Source of the DNA: Candidatus Norongarragalina meridionalis | Lineage (GTDB): Archaea; Micrarchaeota; Micrarchaeia; Norongarragalinales; Norongarragalinaceae | Direction: 5' to 3' | NCBI GenBank assembly: GCA_902384935.1 | Contig: CABMDO010000019.1 | Coordinates: 31,087 to 95,086, forward strand | DNA length: 64,000 nt | Shown here: piece after piece, positions 14,890 to 24,857 of the stretch | How positions within the stretch are numbered: position 1 is the stretch's first letter | Layout of the letters: the number at the start of each line of letters is the position of its first letter | Program-made: the position numbers and the translations under genes | The notes under the pieces: model-generated | The model's input: only the letters and a program-made list of their open reading frames with translations | Database searches by the model: none | Told to the model about the DNA's origin: nothing

Positions 14890-17244
14890 ATGCTAGGCAA
14901 CCTCGACCACGCCGCGCTTCAGGAGAAGTGGAGCAAGCGCTGGGAAGAGGACGGCATATACAACTTCGACAGGCACGACCGCAAGCGCCCCACGTACGTA
15001 ATCGATACCCCTCCGCCGTTCCCGACGGGAGAGTTCCACACGGGCAACGTGCTCAACTGGGGATACTTCGATTTCGTGGCGCGCTACAAGCGCATGCGCG
15101 GCTTCAACGTATTGATGCCCCAGGGATGGGATTGCCACGGCTTCCCCACGGAAGTGAAGGTGGAGAAGAAATACGGACGCCTGCCGCGCGACGAATTCAT
15201 CCAGAAATGTTTGGAGTGGACGGATACCGTCATCGGCACCATGAAGCCCCAGATGAAGCTGCTCGGATACTCTATTGATTGGAAGAGCGAATACTACACG
15301 ACGAGCCCGTCGTACATCAAAGCGGTGCAGAAGTCACTAATCGACATGCACGAAAAGGGCTTTGTTTATCGCGCCAGCCATCCGGTTATCTGGTGCACGC
15401 ACTGCCGCAGCGCCATCGCGAAGGCGGAGAGCGAGGAACAGGCGCGCGAGACAGTTCTTAATTACATAGTGTTCAAGACGACGGACGGGAGGGAATTGCT
15501 CGTCGCCACCACAAGGCCGGAAATGCTCAATGCGTGCGTCGGCGTATTCGTGCATCCTTCGGACGAACGCCATCGCTCCCTTGTCGGTAAAAAAGTCAAA
15601 GTACCTGTTTTCAACCGCGAGGTTCCCGTAATGGAGGACGCCGACGTGGACAAGGAGTTCGGTACGGGCGCAGTAATGATATGCACCTTCGGCGACCGCC
15701 AGGACGTGGTGTGGGCGTACCGCCACAAGCTTCCGGTTATAGAGGCGATGGACGGCGCCGGAAGAATGAAGAATGCCGGAAAGTACGACGGCTTGAAAAC
15801 GGAAGAGGCGCGCAAGGAAATCCTCGCGGAGCTGCAGGCGCAGGGCTTGCTGAAAAAACAGGAAAAACTCGAACAAGTCGTCAAGGTTCACGACCGCTGC
15901 AAAAAGACGATTGAACTGCTCTCGTCGACGCAGTGGTTCATCAAGCTTTCCGATTCCAAGGAGATGGTGCTCAAGAAATCCGCGGAGATGCGCTGGATTC
16001 CAGAGCACATGCGCCAGCTTCTCGTCGACTGGACTGAAGGCTTGGAATGGGACTGGTGCATCTCGCGCCAGCGCCATTTCGGCGTTCCCATACCGTTCTG
16101 GTACTGCGAGAAGTGCGGAACCGTTTATCCCGCCAAGGAGCTGCCCGCGGAACCGTCCAAGGACAAGCCTCCCGTTGCCAAGTGCAAGTGCGGCGGCGAA
16201 CTCATAGGAGAAACGAGCGTCTGCGACGGTTGGGTGGATTCCAGCATAACGCCGCTCATAGTCGCGGGCTGGCCGGACAACTTCGATCCGAGGCTATACC
16301 CGAGCGACATGCGTCCGCAAGGCACGGACATCATACGCACGTGGGCGTTCTACACCATATTCCGCTGCTCCGTCCTTACGGGGGAGAAGCCGTTCCGCGA
16401 GATGCTGATAAACGGGATGGTATGCGGCTCGGATGGAAAGAAAATGAGCAAGAGCCTCGGAAACTACGTAGAGGCAAAAGACGTCGTCGCGAAGGCGAGC
16501 GTCGACGCACTGCGGCAGTGGGTCGCGCTGAGCGGAAGCACAGGCAAGGACAACATATTCTACTGGAAGGACGTCAACTACGCGCAATCCTTCCTCACGA
16601 AGCTCTGGAACGCGTCGAAATTCGTGGAAAAGGCGCTCGAAGGGTACGACGGGAAGGAAGGGAAGAAACGCGTCGCCGACAGATGGATGGAAGCGCGCTT
16701 GGACGAGACGATACGCGGCGTAACAAAGAGCATGGACGACTGCGACTTCTACGGCGCAATAACGTCGCTTTACAATTTCTTCTGGCACGACTTCTGCGAC
16801 TTCTATCTGGAGGATGTGAAGTACCGCATCTACGGAACCGACGCGGATTCAAAGAGAGCGGCGCAGGCGACGCTGAAGCGCGTGCTTCGCGACACCGTAA
16901 GCATGCTGGCGCCGTTCGCCTGCTATACGGCGGAAGAAATACACCGGGACATGTTCGATTCCGAGAGAAGCGTGCACGTTTCGAATTGGCCGAAAGCAGG
17001 GGAAACGACTAAGGACGAGACTCTCGAGAAAGTCGCAGGTGCGCTTCATGAAATAGTGGGGCAGGTAAGGCGCGCGAAGGCTGCTAAAAGCATGGCGCTG
17101 AACGCCGAACTCGAGAAGCTCACGATACAGGCGCCCGACGAGCTGGTGCCTATGCTTTCAGACGTCGAGGAGGACGTCAAGGGAATAACGAAGGCGAAGG
17201 CTCTTGAGTTCAGGAGCGGAGAGGTAATTTGCGCAAGTTTATAA
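14890..17244 (+). CDS. valS: Valyl-tRNA synthetase
   Basis: IDTPPPFPTGEFHTGNVLNW...RYKRMRGFNVLMPQGWDCHGFPTEVKVEKKYG. Editing-domain signature ATTRPEMLNACVGVFVHPSDERH. KMSKSLGNY. ATG 14890 was chosen (track ORF 14851 overlaps rpl24e). Confidence 0.85.
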   Translation: MLGNLDHAALQEKWSKRWEEDGIYNFDRHDRKRPTYVIDTPPPFPTGEFHTGNVLNWGYFDFVARYKRMRGFNVLMPQGWDCHGFPTEVKVEKKYGRLPRDEFIQKCLEWTDTVIGTMKPQMKLLGYSIDWKSEYYTTSPSYIKAVQKSLIDMHEKGFVYRASHPVIWCTHCRSAIAKAESEEQARETVLNYIVFKTTDGRELLVATTRPEMLNACVGVFVHPSDERHRSLVGKKVKVPVFNREVPVMEDADVDKEFGTGAVMICTFGDRQDVVWAYRHKLPVIEAMDGAGRMKNAGKYDGLKTEEARKEILAELQAQGLLKKQEKLEQVVKVHDRCKKTIELLSSTQWFIKLSDSKEMVLKKSAEMRWIPEHMRQLLVDWTEGLEWDWCISRQRHFGVPIPFWYCEKCGTVYPAKELPAEPSKDKPPVAKCKCGGELIGETSVCDGWVDSSITPLIVAGWPDNFDPRLYPSDMRPQGTDIIRTWAFYTIFRCSVLTGEKPFREMLINGMVCGSDGKKMSKSLGNYVEAKDVVAKASVDALRQWVALSGSTGKDNIFYWKDVNYAQSFLTKLWNASKFVEKALEGYDGKEGKKRVADRWMEARLDETIRGVTKSMDDCDFYGAITSLYNFFWHDFCDFYLEDVKYRIYGTDADSKRAAQATLKRVLRDTVSMLAPFACYTAEEIHRDMFDSERSVHVSNWPKAGETTKDETLEKVAGALHEIVGQVRRAKAAKSMALNAELEKLTIQAPDELVPMLSDVEEDVKGITKAKALEFRSGEVICASL

Positions 17245-17299
17245 AGAAGTTGACGCCATATTAGACGGCGCGCTTCTTTTCAGAAGGGTGACTTTGTTA

Positions 17300-17749
17300 A
17301 TGGCAAGAATGCATACGCGAAAGAAGGGACGTTCAAAGTCCCACAAGCCGCTTACCCAGGGGCATGCCTGGGTCAAGATGTCGCACAAGGAGATTACCGA
17401 CATCGTCCTGAGGCTCGCCAAGGAAGGCAAGACCGAGGCGTTGATCGGACAGACGCTCCGCGACCAGTACGCGGTTCCGAGCGTGAAGGCCATGACGGGC
17501 AAAAGCGTGACGCAGCTGCTTGCGGAGAACAAGGCTGCGAAGGAATATCCTACTGATTTGATAGAGCTCATACGCAAGGCGGTAAGGCTGCGCAAACACA
17601 TCGGGCAGAACAACCGCGACATTCACAACAAGGTCAGGCTTACGCGCATCGAGTCCAAGATAAAGAGGCTCGTGCGCTATTACCGCGGAAAGAAACTGCC
17701 GAAGAACTGGACGTACGAGCCGGAGAAGGCTGCGCTGTTGGTGAAGTGA
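17300..17749 (+). CDS. rps15: Ribosomal protein S15 (uS15/S13e)
   Basis: MARMHTRKKGRSKSHKP...LIRKAVRLRKHIGQNNRDIHNKVRLTRIESKIKRLVRYYR. Confidence 0.9.
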   Translation: MARMHTRKKGRSKSHKPLTQGHAWVKMSHKEITDIVLRLAKEGKTEALIGQTLRDQYAVPSVKAMTGKSVTQLLAENKAAKEYPTDLIELIRKAVRLRKHIGQNNRDIHNKVRLTRIESKIKRLVRYYRGKKLPKNWTYEPEKAALLVK

Positions 17750-17750
17750 G

Positions 17751-18407
17751 ATGGCTGTTCCCGTTGCAAAGAAAGTAGAGGGCTGGAAGGCGAAGAAGTG
17801 GTACCAGCTCGTCGCGCCGAAGGTACTCGGCGAGGGCGAAATCGCGCTGATACCCGCAACCGACGACGAGCACATCATCAACCGCATTATCAAGATCCCG
17901 CTCAAGGAAATCACGCGCGACATGTCTCACGCTTACACGAACGTCTTCCTCCGCGTATACGAGGTGCGCGAGAAGAAGGCGTACAGCAAGTACATCGGGC
18001 ACGAAATCGCGCGCGAACTCATCGGCACGATGGTTCGTCGGAAGAGGGACGCCCTGCTCGTCGTGTTCCCCGCCAAATCCAAGGAGGGAATCGACTTCAC
18101 GATCAAGGCCATCATAATCACGCAGAACCCGTGCAGCGGAAGGCAGAAGACGACGCTGCGCAAGGCGCTCATCAAGATACTTCAGGAAAAAGCCGCTTCC
18201 GAGGACTTCGGGCAGTTCATACATGAGGTTCTTTTCGGAAAAGTATCCGCCGAAGCGTTCGAGAAGCTCGACGGCATAATCGTGCCGCTGAAGCGCATCG
18301 AAATAAAGAAGACGGAACTCTACGAGGAATTCGACGTCGAGGAAACCAAGGCGGAAGAGAAAGCCGAGGAAAAAGTCGAAGCTCCCGTGGAATCCTCGAC
18401 CGCTTAG
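17751..18407 (+). CDS. rps3ae: Ribosomal protein S3Ae (eS1)
   Basis: KKVEGWKAKKWYQLVAPKVLGEGEIALIPA...NRIIKIPLKEITRD..., with an acidic/lysine C-terminal tail. Confidence 0.9.
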   Translation: MAVPVAKKVEGWKAKKWYQLVAPKVLGEGEIALIPATDDEHIINRIIKIPLKEITRDMSHAYTNVFLRVYEVREKKAYSKYIGHEIARELIGTMVRRKRDALLVVFPAKSKEGIDFTIKAIIITQNPCSGRQKTTLRKALIKILQEKAASEDFGQFIHEVLFGKVSAEAFEKLDGIIVPLKRIEIKKTELYEEFDVEETKAEEKAEEKVEAPVESSTA

Positions 18408-18414
18408 TTTTTTT
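18408..18414 (+). terminator. T7 tract immediately after the rps3ae stop
   Basis: TAG followed by TTTTTTT, between convergent rps3ae and gap. Confidence 0.35.
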
Positions 18415-18415
18415 C

Positions 18416-19420
18416 CTACTTCTTTTTATCCAGGAAGTCCAGCATGTCCACCATGCGGCAGGAGTAGCCCCACTCGTTGTCGTACCACGCCAGCGTCTTG
18501 CAGACGTTTCCGAGCGTGTTCGTGCAGAGACCGTCGACTGTCGCGGAATGCGGATCGCCTATGATGTCGCAGGACACTATCGGCTCCTCGGTGTACGCGA
18601 GGATGCCCTTCATCTGTCCGACGGCGCGCTTGAAGGCGTTGTTCACGTCGTCGCGGCTCGCCTCCTTCTCGAGCTCAACCGTCAAATCGTTGGCGGAACC
18701 GTCGGACACCGGCACGCGCAAGGCAATGCCGTCGAGCTTGCCCTTCAGCGCGGGTATCACTTCGCCTATGGCCTTTGCGGCGCCAGTCGTAGTGGGTATA
18801 ATCGAAAGAGCGGCTGCGCGTGCGCGCCGCAGATCCTTGTGCGTCCCGTCGAGGGTACGCTGGTCGTTCGTGTAGGCGTGAATCGTGCTCATGAAACCGC
18901 GCTTGATGCCGAAGGAATCGTTCAGAACCTTCGCTACGGGAGCGAGGCAGTTCGTCGTGCACGAAGCCATCGAAAGAATCGTGTGCTTCTTCGGGTCGTA
19001 CGCAGACTCGTTGACGCCGAGCACTAACGTTACATCCGCGCCCTTCATCGGCGCGCTGACTATCACCTTTTTCGCGCCTGCCTTGATGTGCTCCTGCGCC
19101 TTTTCGCGCTCCGTGTACTTGCCCGTGCAGTCGTGCACCGCGTCGATGTCGAGCTTCTGCCACGGCAGGCTGCCCGCCTCCTTCTCGTTGTAGAACGGGA
19201 ATTCCAAATCGCCGACGCGGAGCGCGTTGCCTTTCGCTTCCACCTTCGCGCCGAGCACTCCGTGTATGGAATCGTATTTCAGGAGATGGGCGTTCGTCTT
19301 CGCGTCGCCGCTGTCGTTGATGGCGACGAGTTCGTGCCTGTCGAAGAAGCCTTCCTTGCACAATGCGGAACGCAAAACGCAGCGCCCGATTCTGCCGAAG
19401 CCGTTTATCGCGAATCTCAC
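18416..19420 (-). CDS. gap: Glyceraldehyde-3-phosphate dehydrogenase, class I (bacterial/eukaryal type)
   Basis: MRFAINGFGRIGRCVLR; active-site SCTTNCLAP; WYDNEWGYS; 334 aa. Confidence 0.9.
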   Translation of the reverse strand: MRFAINGFGRIGRCVLRSALCKEGFFDRHELVAINDSGDAKTNAHLLKYDSIHGVLGAKVEAKGNALRVGDLEFPFYNEKEAGSLPWQKLDIDAVHDCTGKYTEREKAQEHIKAGAKKVIVSAPMKGADVTLVLGVNESAYDPKKHTILSMASCTTNCLAPVAKVLNDSFGIKRGFMSTIHAYTNDQRTLDGTHKDLRRARAAALSIIPTTTGAAKAIGEVIPALKGKLDGIALRVPVSDGSANDLTVELEKEASRDDVNNAFKRAVGQMKGILAYTEEPIVSCDIIGDPHSATVDGLCTNTLGNVCKTLAWYDNEWGYSCRMVDMLDFLDKKK

Positions 19421-19424
19421 GCAA

Positions 19425-20081
19425 TCACCTCAGTCGGCGCGGTTTCGCGCCGGAAAAATCTACGATTTGCGACGGTTTGTTTTTGCACGCGCCGTCGAAA
19501 AATATCAAGTCCGCTTCTTTCCGCAGCCGGACGTCGAGATCTTTCAGCTTCTTCATCGCTTTTCCGCCTGAAACGTTCGCGCTCGTCGTCACCACGGGCG
19601 TCCCCGAGGCGCGCACCACCGCCGAAACCCAATGCTTCGGGATGCGCACGCCCAGGGTTTGTTTGACGCACGCCGAAGCGTGCGTCGTGCAACCGCAGAC
19701 GTTCTTTGCAACGGCGTTCCGCTTTTTCAGCGCTAGGATGGCGGTGAAGGGGCCGGGCATTTTTTTCAGAAACGCTTCGGCTTCCTTCCCCACGACGCAG
19801 TTCTCCGCTATCCACGCCTTGGACGGCGCGATAACGGACAAAGGCCCAGCCTTGCGCTTGATGCGCCTCAGCCGCGCTACCGCCTTTGCGTTGCGCGCGT
19901 CGCATCCGAGTCCGTAAACGGTGTCCGTCGGATAGACGAACACCATTCCCGAGCGAATCGCTCCGAGCATGAACCGCTTCAGCACCGCTAAAGCTTTCCA
20001 ACCCTGCGCTTCGTCTTGCGCTTCAGGCGCTTGCGCTTCTTCTTTATCCATTTCCACCGCATGTGGTGGCGTTTTTTCCAT
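19425..20081 (-). CDS. sua5: L-threonylcarbamoyladenylate synthase (Sua5/YrdC/TsaC family, YrdC domain only)
   Basis: VFVYPTDTVYGLGCDARNAKAVARLRRIKRKAGPLSVI...VVTTSANVSG. Confidence 0.8.
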   Translation of the reverse strand: MEKTPPHAVEMDKEEAQAPEAQDEAQGWKALAVLKRFMLGAIRSGMVFVYPTDTVYGLGCDARNAKAVARLRRIKRKAGPLSVIAPSKAWIAENCVVGKEAEAFLKKMPGPFTAILALKKRNAVAKNVCGCTTHASACVKQTLGVRIPKHWVSAVVRASGTPVVTTSANVSGGKAMKKLKDLDVRLRKEADLIFFDGACKNKPSQIVDFSGAKPRRLR

Positions 20082-20185
20082 TTTCTAGGTCTAGCACCCA
20101 TAAAGTATCTACCGAAATAGCGCGGCAAACTATTTAAGCGCTTGTGCTTCGGGCATTTTCGCGCCCAAACGGGCTAGGCGCCAGT

Positions 20186-20557
20186 TCAGCGCTTTTTGGG
20201 AGCCGGCTTGCTCGCATCTAAGAGTTCCTGGGCTAGCAAATGATCAATTGCCAGCTTCAGGGAAGTGCTGCGCGGCGAGACTCGCCGGACAACGCCAAGT
20301 TTTATCAGATTTCCGGCGGTGTCGTTCCACAGGGCGTCCTTCGCTTTCTGCTCTTGTTCCGGCGTCAAACGCACATCCAGTCTCATCGGACTGCCTTTGT
20401 GTTTGGCCGAAATGTAGGGCCACGCCAGCCTGCTTCCCAGGAGCGTTTCGAAATCCTCGTTCGTGAAAACTCCGCCTTCGCCCTTCTCCACCAGATGCTC
20501 GAAAACGTGGATCGCATCTTCCGGCATGCCCCGCTTCTTCAGTATTTTCCTAAGCAT
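20186..20557 (-). CDS. Hypothetical protein
   Basis: The only ORF with plausible composition in this interval. No family recognised. Confidence 0.45.
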   Translation of the reverse strand: MLRKILKKRGMPEDAIHVFEHLVEKGEGGVFTNEDFETLLGSRLAWPYISAKHKGSPMRLDVRLTPEQEQKAKDALWNDTAGNLIKLGVVRRVSPRSTSLKLAIDHLLAQELLDASKPAPKKR

Positions 20558-20607
20558 TAAACCACCGAAAGAAGCTCGTTATTTTTCGTTAATAATCGTT
20601 TGCTAGA

Positions 20608-22638
20608 CTAAGCCTTCGTTTTCCCTGCCAGAATCGCCTTCAGTTCGTCCTTTGAACGCGCCTCGAAAGCTTCCGGAGTCTTGATGCCGGAATTCCAAAG
20701 CCTGCGTGCACGGACGCGCCCGATTCCCCGCATCTTGCAGAGCGGAAGCAGTTCTTCCTTTATGCCGTGCTTGATGCGCGTGCGGAGTATTTTGGCGTTC
20801 TTGTAGGCGAAGGAGGCATTCAGCATAAACGCGATTTCCTGCATCGCGTAGGCGAGCCATTCCATGTTGCGCATGCGGCTGTGCAGCACCCCCGGCGGAA
20901 TCTGGAATTCCGTGAGCACGTCCTCCTCGCCCGACTCGTTTATCCAGGCGTTCAGGAGTTTCGCGCTCTTGTATTTCTCGAGAATCTCGTGGTCGTGGGC
21001 GGGAAATTCCTCGAACAGGGCGTACGCTTCTTCCCAAAGAGTCTGTTCCTCGCCTCTCTTGAGGGAAACCAACGGCTTCGCCTCGGTTGCGGAGTTGATT
21101 GCGAGCAAAGCGTCGAAAACTCCCGTTTCCTTTTTCCCGATGAAGTCGATGAACTCCGACGCGCTGAGCGGATCTATGTACAGCTCCGCGACGCGTTTCC
21201 CTACGGGCGTTGCAACCAGGGAATCGCCGCGCTGGCGCACGAAATCCAGCTCCTTCAGAAGCTCGACGACTCGTTCGACGTTGCCGCATAACGAAGAAAT
21301 GTCGCCGTACTGGTGCGCGTAAAAAGTGCGCTCGAAAAATCCGAAAAGCGAGGGGAAGTCGTTGCAGTCCGAGGACGAGATGAGCCCGAGGCAGTGCGAG
21401 CGCAGCACGGGTTCCGAAGAAAGCTTCGAGAATATGTCCTCGGGCTTGCCGAAAATGTATCGTTCAATGACCGCCTCGCGGTCCTTCGGCGCGCAGCATA
21501 AAACGCCGACTCCCTTGTCGTCGTAGCGAGGACGTCCTGCCCTGCCAGTCATCTGGGCGACTTCGAGCGCGGGGATGAATTCGGAAAACGCGCCGTTGAA
21601 CCTCTTCAGGTCGCGGACGATAACCCACGACGCGGGGTAGTCGATTCCCATGGCGAGCGTCGTGGTGCAGACAATCGCCTTGACGCACCTGTCCTTCTTG
21701 AAGCCGCGTTCGATAAGCTCCCGCTGGCGGTTGCATATGCCCGCGTGATGGAACGCTACGCCGTCTTTGAGGCAGTCGGCGAGCGCATGGCACTGCGAGG
21801 TCGGTTGCCCCAGCGCCTTGAGCGCTTTTTCCGCCAGAAGCGCGCACTCCTCCTTTTCCTCTTCCGACAAAAACGCCTTCGTCGTCTTCCGCAGCTCGTC
21901 CGCGAGCGTTTCCGCGTTTCGCCGCGTGTAAACGAAAACCAGCGCCTGCGCGCCCTGCTTCTCCGACAACGCCAACCGCACCAAATCGTGCTCGTCCTCA
22001 GCGGCGACCTTTGCTGCGTCGAAATGCACGCTCTTCCCGTCGCAAACTCCGAGCTTCAGAGGAGTCGGGCGGTAGGTGCTGAGTATGAGCTTGGCGTCCA
22101 GCCATTTCGCGATGTCGTACGCGTTCGGAATCGTCGCGCTCAGGCAGAGCAGTTTGCAGCCCAAACCGAGCAGTTTCGTGATTACGATTTCAAGAGTGGC
22201 GCCGCGCGACGCATCGTTGAGCACGTGCACCTCGTCGACTACTGCGAGCCCTACGTCCTTTATCCACGGCGCGCCGTGCCTCAGCAGCGAATCCATCTTT
22301 TCGCTGGTAACAACGACAACATCGTAGGCAGCCAACTGCTCCGACGAGGAATCTAGGTCGCCGGTGCTTACGCCCACGCTGAAGCCCAGAGGCTCGAGCG
22401 ACTGCTTGAATTCCGTGTGCTTTTCCGACGCCAGCGCCCGCAAAGGCACGACGTAAACCGCCTTCTTTTTCATCCTGGGCGCGAGAATCGACAGGAGCGC
22501 GAGCAGAGTCTTTCCGGACGCCGTCGGCGCGCTCACCACGACGCGCTCCTCCTCGAGCAATCCCTCGGATATCGCCTGCTTCTGAAGCGGGTTAAGCGAC
22601 TCGTAGCCGAGCTTCTGCAGCTGCTCCTGGAGCTCCAT
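20608..22638 (-). CDS. Ski2-like/Hel308-type superfamily 2 DNA/RNA helicase
   Basis: Walker A SAPTASGKT, DEVH box, SAT (LSATIPN), HHAGI, MGIDYPA, QMTGRAGR. C-terminal winged-helix/ratchet-like region; 676 aa. Confidence 0.8.
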   Translation of the reverse strand: MELQEQLQKLGYESLNPLQKQAISEGLLEEERVVVSAPTASGKTLLALLSILAPRMKKKAVYVVPLRALASEKHTEFKQSLEPLGFSVGVSTGDLDSSSEQLAAYDVVVVTSEKMDSLLRHGAPWIKDVGLAVVDEVHVLNDASRGATLEIVITKLLGLGCKLLCLSATIPNAYDIAKWLDAKLILSTYRPTPLKLGVCDGKSVHFDAAKVAAEDEHDLVRLALSEKQGAQALVFVYTRRNAETLADELRKTTKAFLSEEEKEECALLAEKALKALGQPTSQCHALADCLKDGVAFHHAGICNRQRELIERGFKKDRCVKAIVCTTTLAMGIDYPASWVIVRDLKRFNGAFSEFIPALEVAQMTGRAGRPRYDDKGVGVLCCAPKDREAVIERYIFGKPEDIFSKLSSEPVLRSHCLGLISSSDCNDFPSLFGFFERTFYAHQYGDISSLCGNVERVVELLKELDFVRQRGDSLVATPVGKRVAELYIDPLSASEFIDFIGKKETGVFDALLAINSATEAKPLVSLKRGEEQTLWEEAYALFEEFPAHDHEILEKYKSAKLLNAWINESGEEDVLTEFQIPPGVLHSRMRNMEWLAYAMQEIAFMLNASFAYKNAKILRTRIKHGIKEELLPLCKMRGIGRVRARRLWNSGIKTPEAFEARSKDELKAILAGKTKA

Positions 22639-22740
22639 GCGATAAAAAGCGCGTCTTTCGTTAAAAACGCGCCGACGCTTCGGTTCCAGTGAAGGAAGGG
22701 TTAAAAGCCGCCTGCGCCAGCATACTTTAGGTGATGTGAC

Positions 22741-23175
22741 ATGGTAAAACTGCTCAGCCCCCTGCTATCGGATAGAGGCACCGCCAGATTTTATGCAAAT
22801 GCTTCGGAAGGAGGATATGGCGCGGTTGGTAGACGGGGAGACGCCAGTGATTTTGGCTTAACTCCAAAAGAACTGAGTCAACACATCAAAAACCCTACAA
22901 TCGCCGAAATTCTTAGAAAATACAAAATGAGAATCGACCAGAATATGCTTAAGCGAGGCATTTTGGAGGTATACAGCCACGGCTTCAAAGTGAAGGACGA
23001 ACATATATTAAAAACTGGAATCAGCCTCTCCGAATATCGTCGTTACGACGAGTTTGAACCTGGCTTAACAAAGGTGAACAGCTACACGTTGTCTAGTGAA
23101 ACTCCGGAAGTGAAAAACGCGCAAAAAGCGTTTGCGGAGATAGTGAGCGTAATCACGAAGTTAGCTGGAAACTAG
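22741..23175 (+). CDS. Hypothetical protein (AT-richer orphan)
   Basis: 144-aa ORF with lower GC than neighbours. No recognisable motif. Confidence 0.4.
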   Translation: MVKLLSPLLSDRGTARFYANASEGGYGAVGRRGDASDFGLTPKELSQHIKNPTIAEILRKYKMRIDQNMLKRGILEVYSHGFKVKDEHILKTGISLSEYRRYDEFEPGLTKVNSYTLSSETPEVKNAQKAFAEIVSVITKLAGN

Positions 23176-23226
23176 GTGCCGAAGCGGACAACGGAGCGAT
23201 GCCTGCTAATTTAGAAAACAGGAGAA

Positions 23227-23940
23227 TTGTGGCTTCCACTGCCTTTAAAAAAGCGCGGCGGCGAAATAAAGAAGGGGATTCTCGTGATAGTCCTGAATTT
23301 TAAGGCGTATGCGGAAAGCGGCGGGGAGCACGCGCTCCTGCTTGCGCGCATCGCCCGCGAAAGCGCCTCGCTCTGGAACAAGCCCGTATTCGTCTGTCCC
23401 TCTCTGCTGGATACGCAGCGCGTCTGCCATGAGCTTCCTCAGTTCGACAAGTTCCGGGTAATCGCACAGCATTGCGACGCGAACGACGAGGGGGCGCACA
23501 CCGGAAGCGTTCCGGCGGCTGCGATTAAAAAAGCGGGGGCGTACGGCACATTACTCAATCACTCGGAAAAGAAATTGAAACAACTTGAGGAATACGTTAT
23601 TTCTGCTAAGAAGGCTGGGCTGTACGTAATTGTTTGTGCCGCAACGGCAAAGGAGTGCGGGCGCGCCGCGAAGATGAAGCCCGACGCGGTTGCGTTCGAG
23701 CCTCCCGACCTGATAGGCTCCGGAATTTCGGTTACTACGCGCCCCGAAGCGGCGAAGAAGTGCATTTCCGCGATTAGGAAGACGAAAGGCGTTCTTGCGC
23801 TGGTAGGCGCAGGGGTGAGCAATGCGGAAGACGTTGCCACCGCGAAGAAACTGGGCGCGGACGGAGTTCTGCTGGCGTCGGCGTACGTGAAGGCGCACGA
23901 CCACAAGGCGTTCCTGAACAAACTGCTGGAGGCTGACTGA
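23227..23940 (+). CDS. tpiA: Triosephosphate isomerase, archaeal short type
   Basis: VIVLNFKAYAESGG..., GTLLNHSEKK, AFEPPDLIGSG, LVGAGVS. Start is uncertain (TTG 23227 vs GTG 23284). Confidence 0.8.
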   Translation: MWLPLPLKKRGGEIKKGILVIVLNFKAYAESGGEHALLLARIARESASLWNKPVFVCPSLLDTQRVCHELPQFDKFRVIAQHCDANDEGAHTGSVPAAAIKKAGAYGTLLNHSEKKLKQLEEYVISAKKAGLYVIVCAATAKECGRAAKMKPDAVAFEPPDLIGSGISVTTRPEAAKKCISAIRKTKGVLALVGAGVSNAEDVATAKKLGADGVLLASAYVKAHDHKAFLNKLLEAD

Positions 23941-23941
23941 A

Positions 23942-24856
23942 ATGGTGAAACATCTTTTGGGTTTGATGGGGGTTCCCGCGTCGGACATGGAGCATTACAT
24001 CGAGCTCGCGCGGAACATAAAGGCGAAGAAGGTGAAGCCGATTCTTTCGCAAAAAACGCTGGCGATGCTCTTCGAGAAAAGCTCGACGCGAACGCGCATT
24101 TCCTTCGAGGTGGGGATGACGCAGCTCGGCGGGCACGCGATTTTCCTGGACACGAAAACAAGCCAGCTCGGACGCGGCGAAACAATCGCGGACACTGCGC
24201 GCACGCTGAGCAGGTTCGTGGACGGGGTGATGGTGCGGCTGTACAAGCACACCGACGCCGAGGAGCTTGCGAAGCACAGCTCGGTTCCCATCATAAACGG
24301 ACTTACCGACTTCGAGCACCCGTGCCAGACGCTCGGCGACATGCTCACGGTTGTCGAACACAAGGGAAAACTCAACGGACTTAAAGTCGCCTTTGTCGGA
24401 GACTGCGCTTTCAACATGAGCAACTCCACGATTCTCGGATTCGGAACACTCGGCGCGGACGTCGTGGCGGTATGCCCCGACAAGCCCGAATACAAGCCTT
24501 CTGCGGATTTCCTCGCAAAGGCGAGGAAGCAGGTGAAGGGAAAAATCAGCGTGGTGCACGACCCCGTCGAAGGAGTGAAGGATGCCGACGTGATTCACAC
24601 CGACGTCTGGACGAGCATGGGCCAGGAAACGGAGAAGGAAAAGCGGCTCAACGACCTGCGCGCTTTCCAGCTCAACGCCGAACTTCTGAAGCATGCAAAA
24701 GCGGACCACATCGTGATGCACTGCCTTCCCGCGCACAGGGGCGAGGAAATCACCGCCGACGTAATCGATGGGAAGCACTCCGTGGTATGGGATCAGGCCG
24801 AAAACCGCCTGCACATCCAGAAGGCGATAATGGCGTCGCTGATGGGCGGGTATTGA
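23942..24856 (+). CDS. argF: Ornithine carbamoyltransferase
   Basis: FEKSSTRTRISFE, HPCQTLGD, DVWTSMGQE, HCLPAHRGEE. Confidence 0.85.
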   Translation: MVKHLLGLMGVPASDMEHYIELARNIKAKKVKPILSQKTLAMLFEKSSTRTRISFEVGMTQLGGHAIFLDTKTSQLGRGETIADTARTLSRFVDGVMVRLYKHTDAEELAKHSSVPIINGLTDFEHPCQTLGDMLTVVEHKGKLNGLKVAFVGDCAFNMSNSTILGFGTLGADVVAVCPDKPEYKPSADFLAKARKQVKGKISVVHDPVEGVKDADVIHTDVWTSMGQETEKEKRLNDLRAFQLNAELLKHAKADHIVMHCLPAHRGEEITADVIDGKHSVVWDQAENRLHIQKAIMASLMGGY

Positions 24857-24857
24857 A

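Noticed and set aside
23942-24856. Alternative call of aspartate carbamoyltransferase (pyrB) or putrescine carbamoyltransferase for the carbamoyltransferase gene
   Set aside because: DVWTSMGQE and HCLPAHRGEE are the ornithine-binding (SMG and HCLP) signatures of OTC, and no pyrI follows. Putrescine carbamoyltransferase cannot be fully excluded without a tree.
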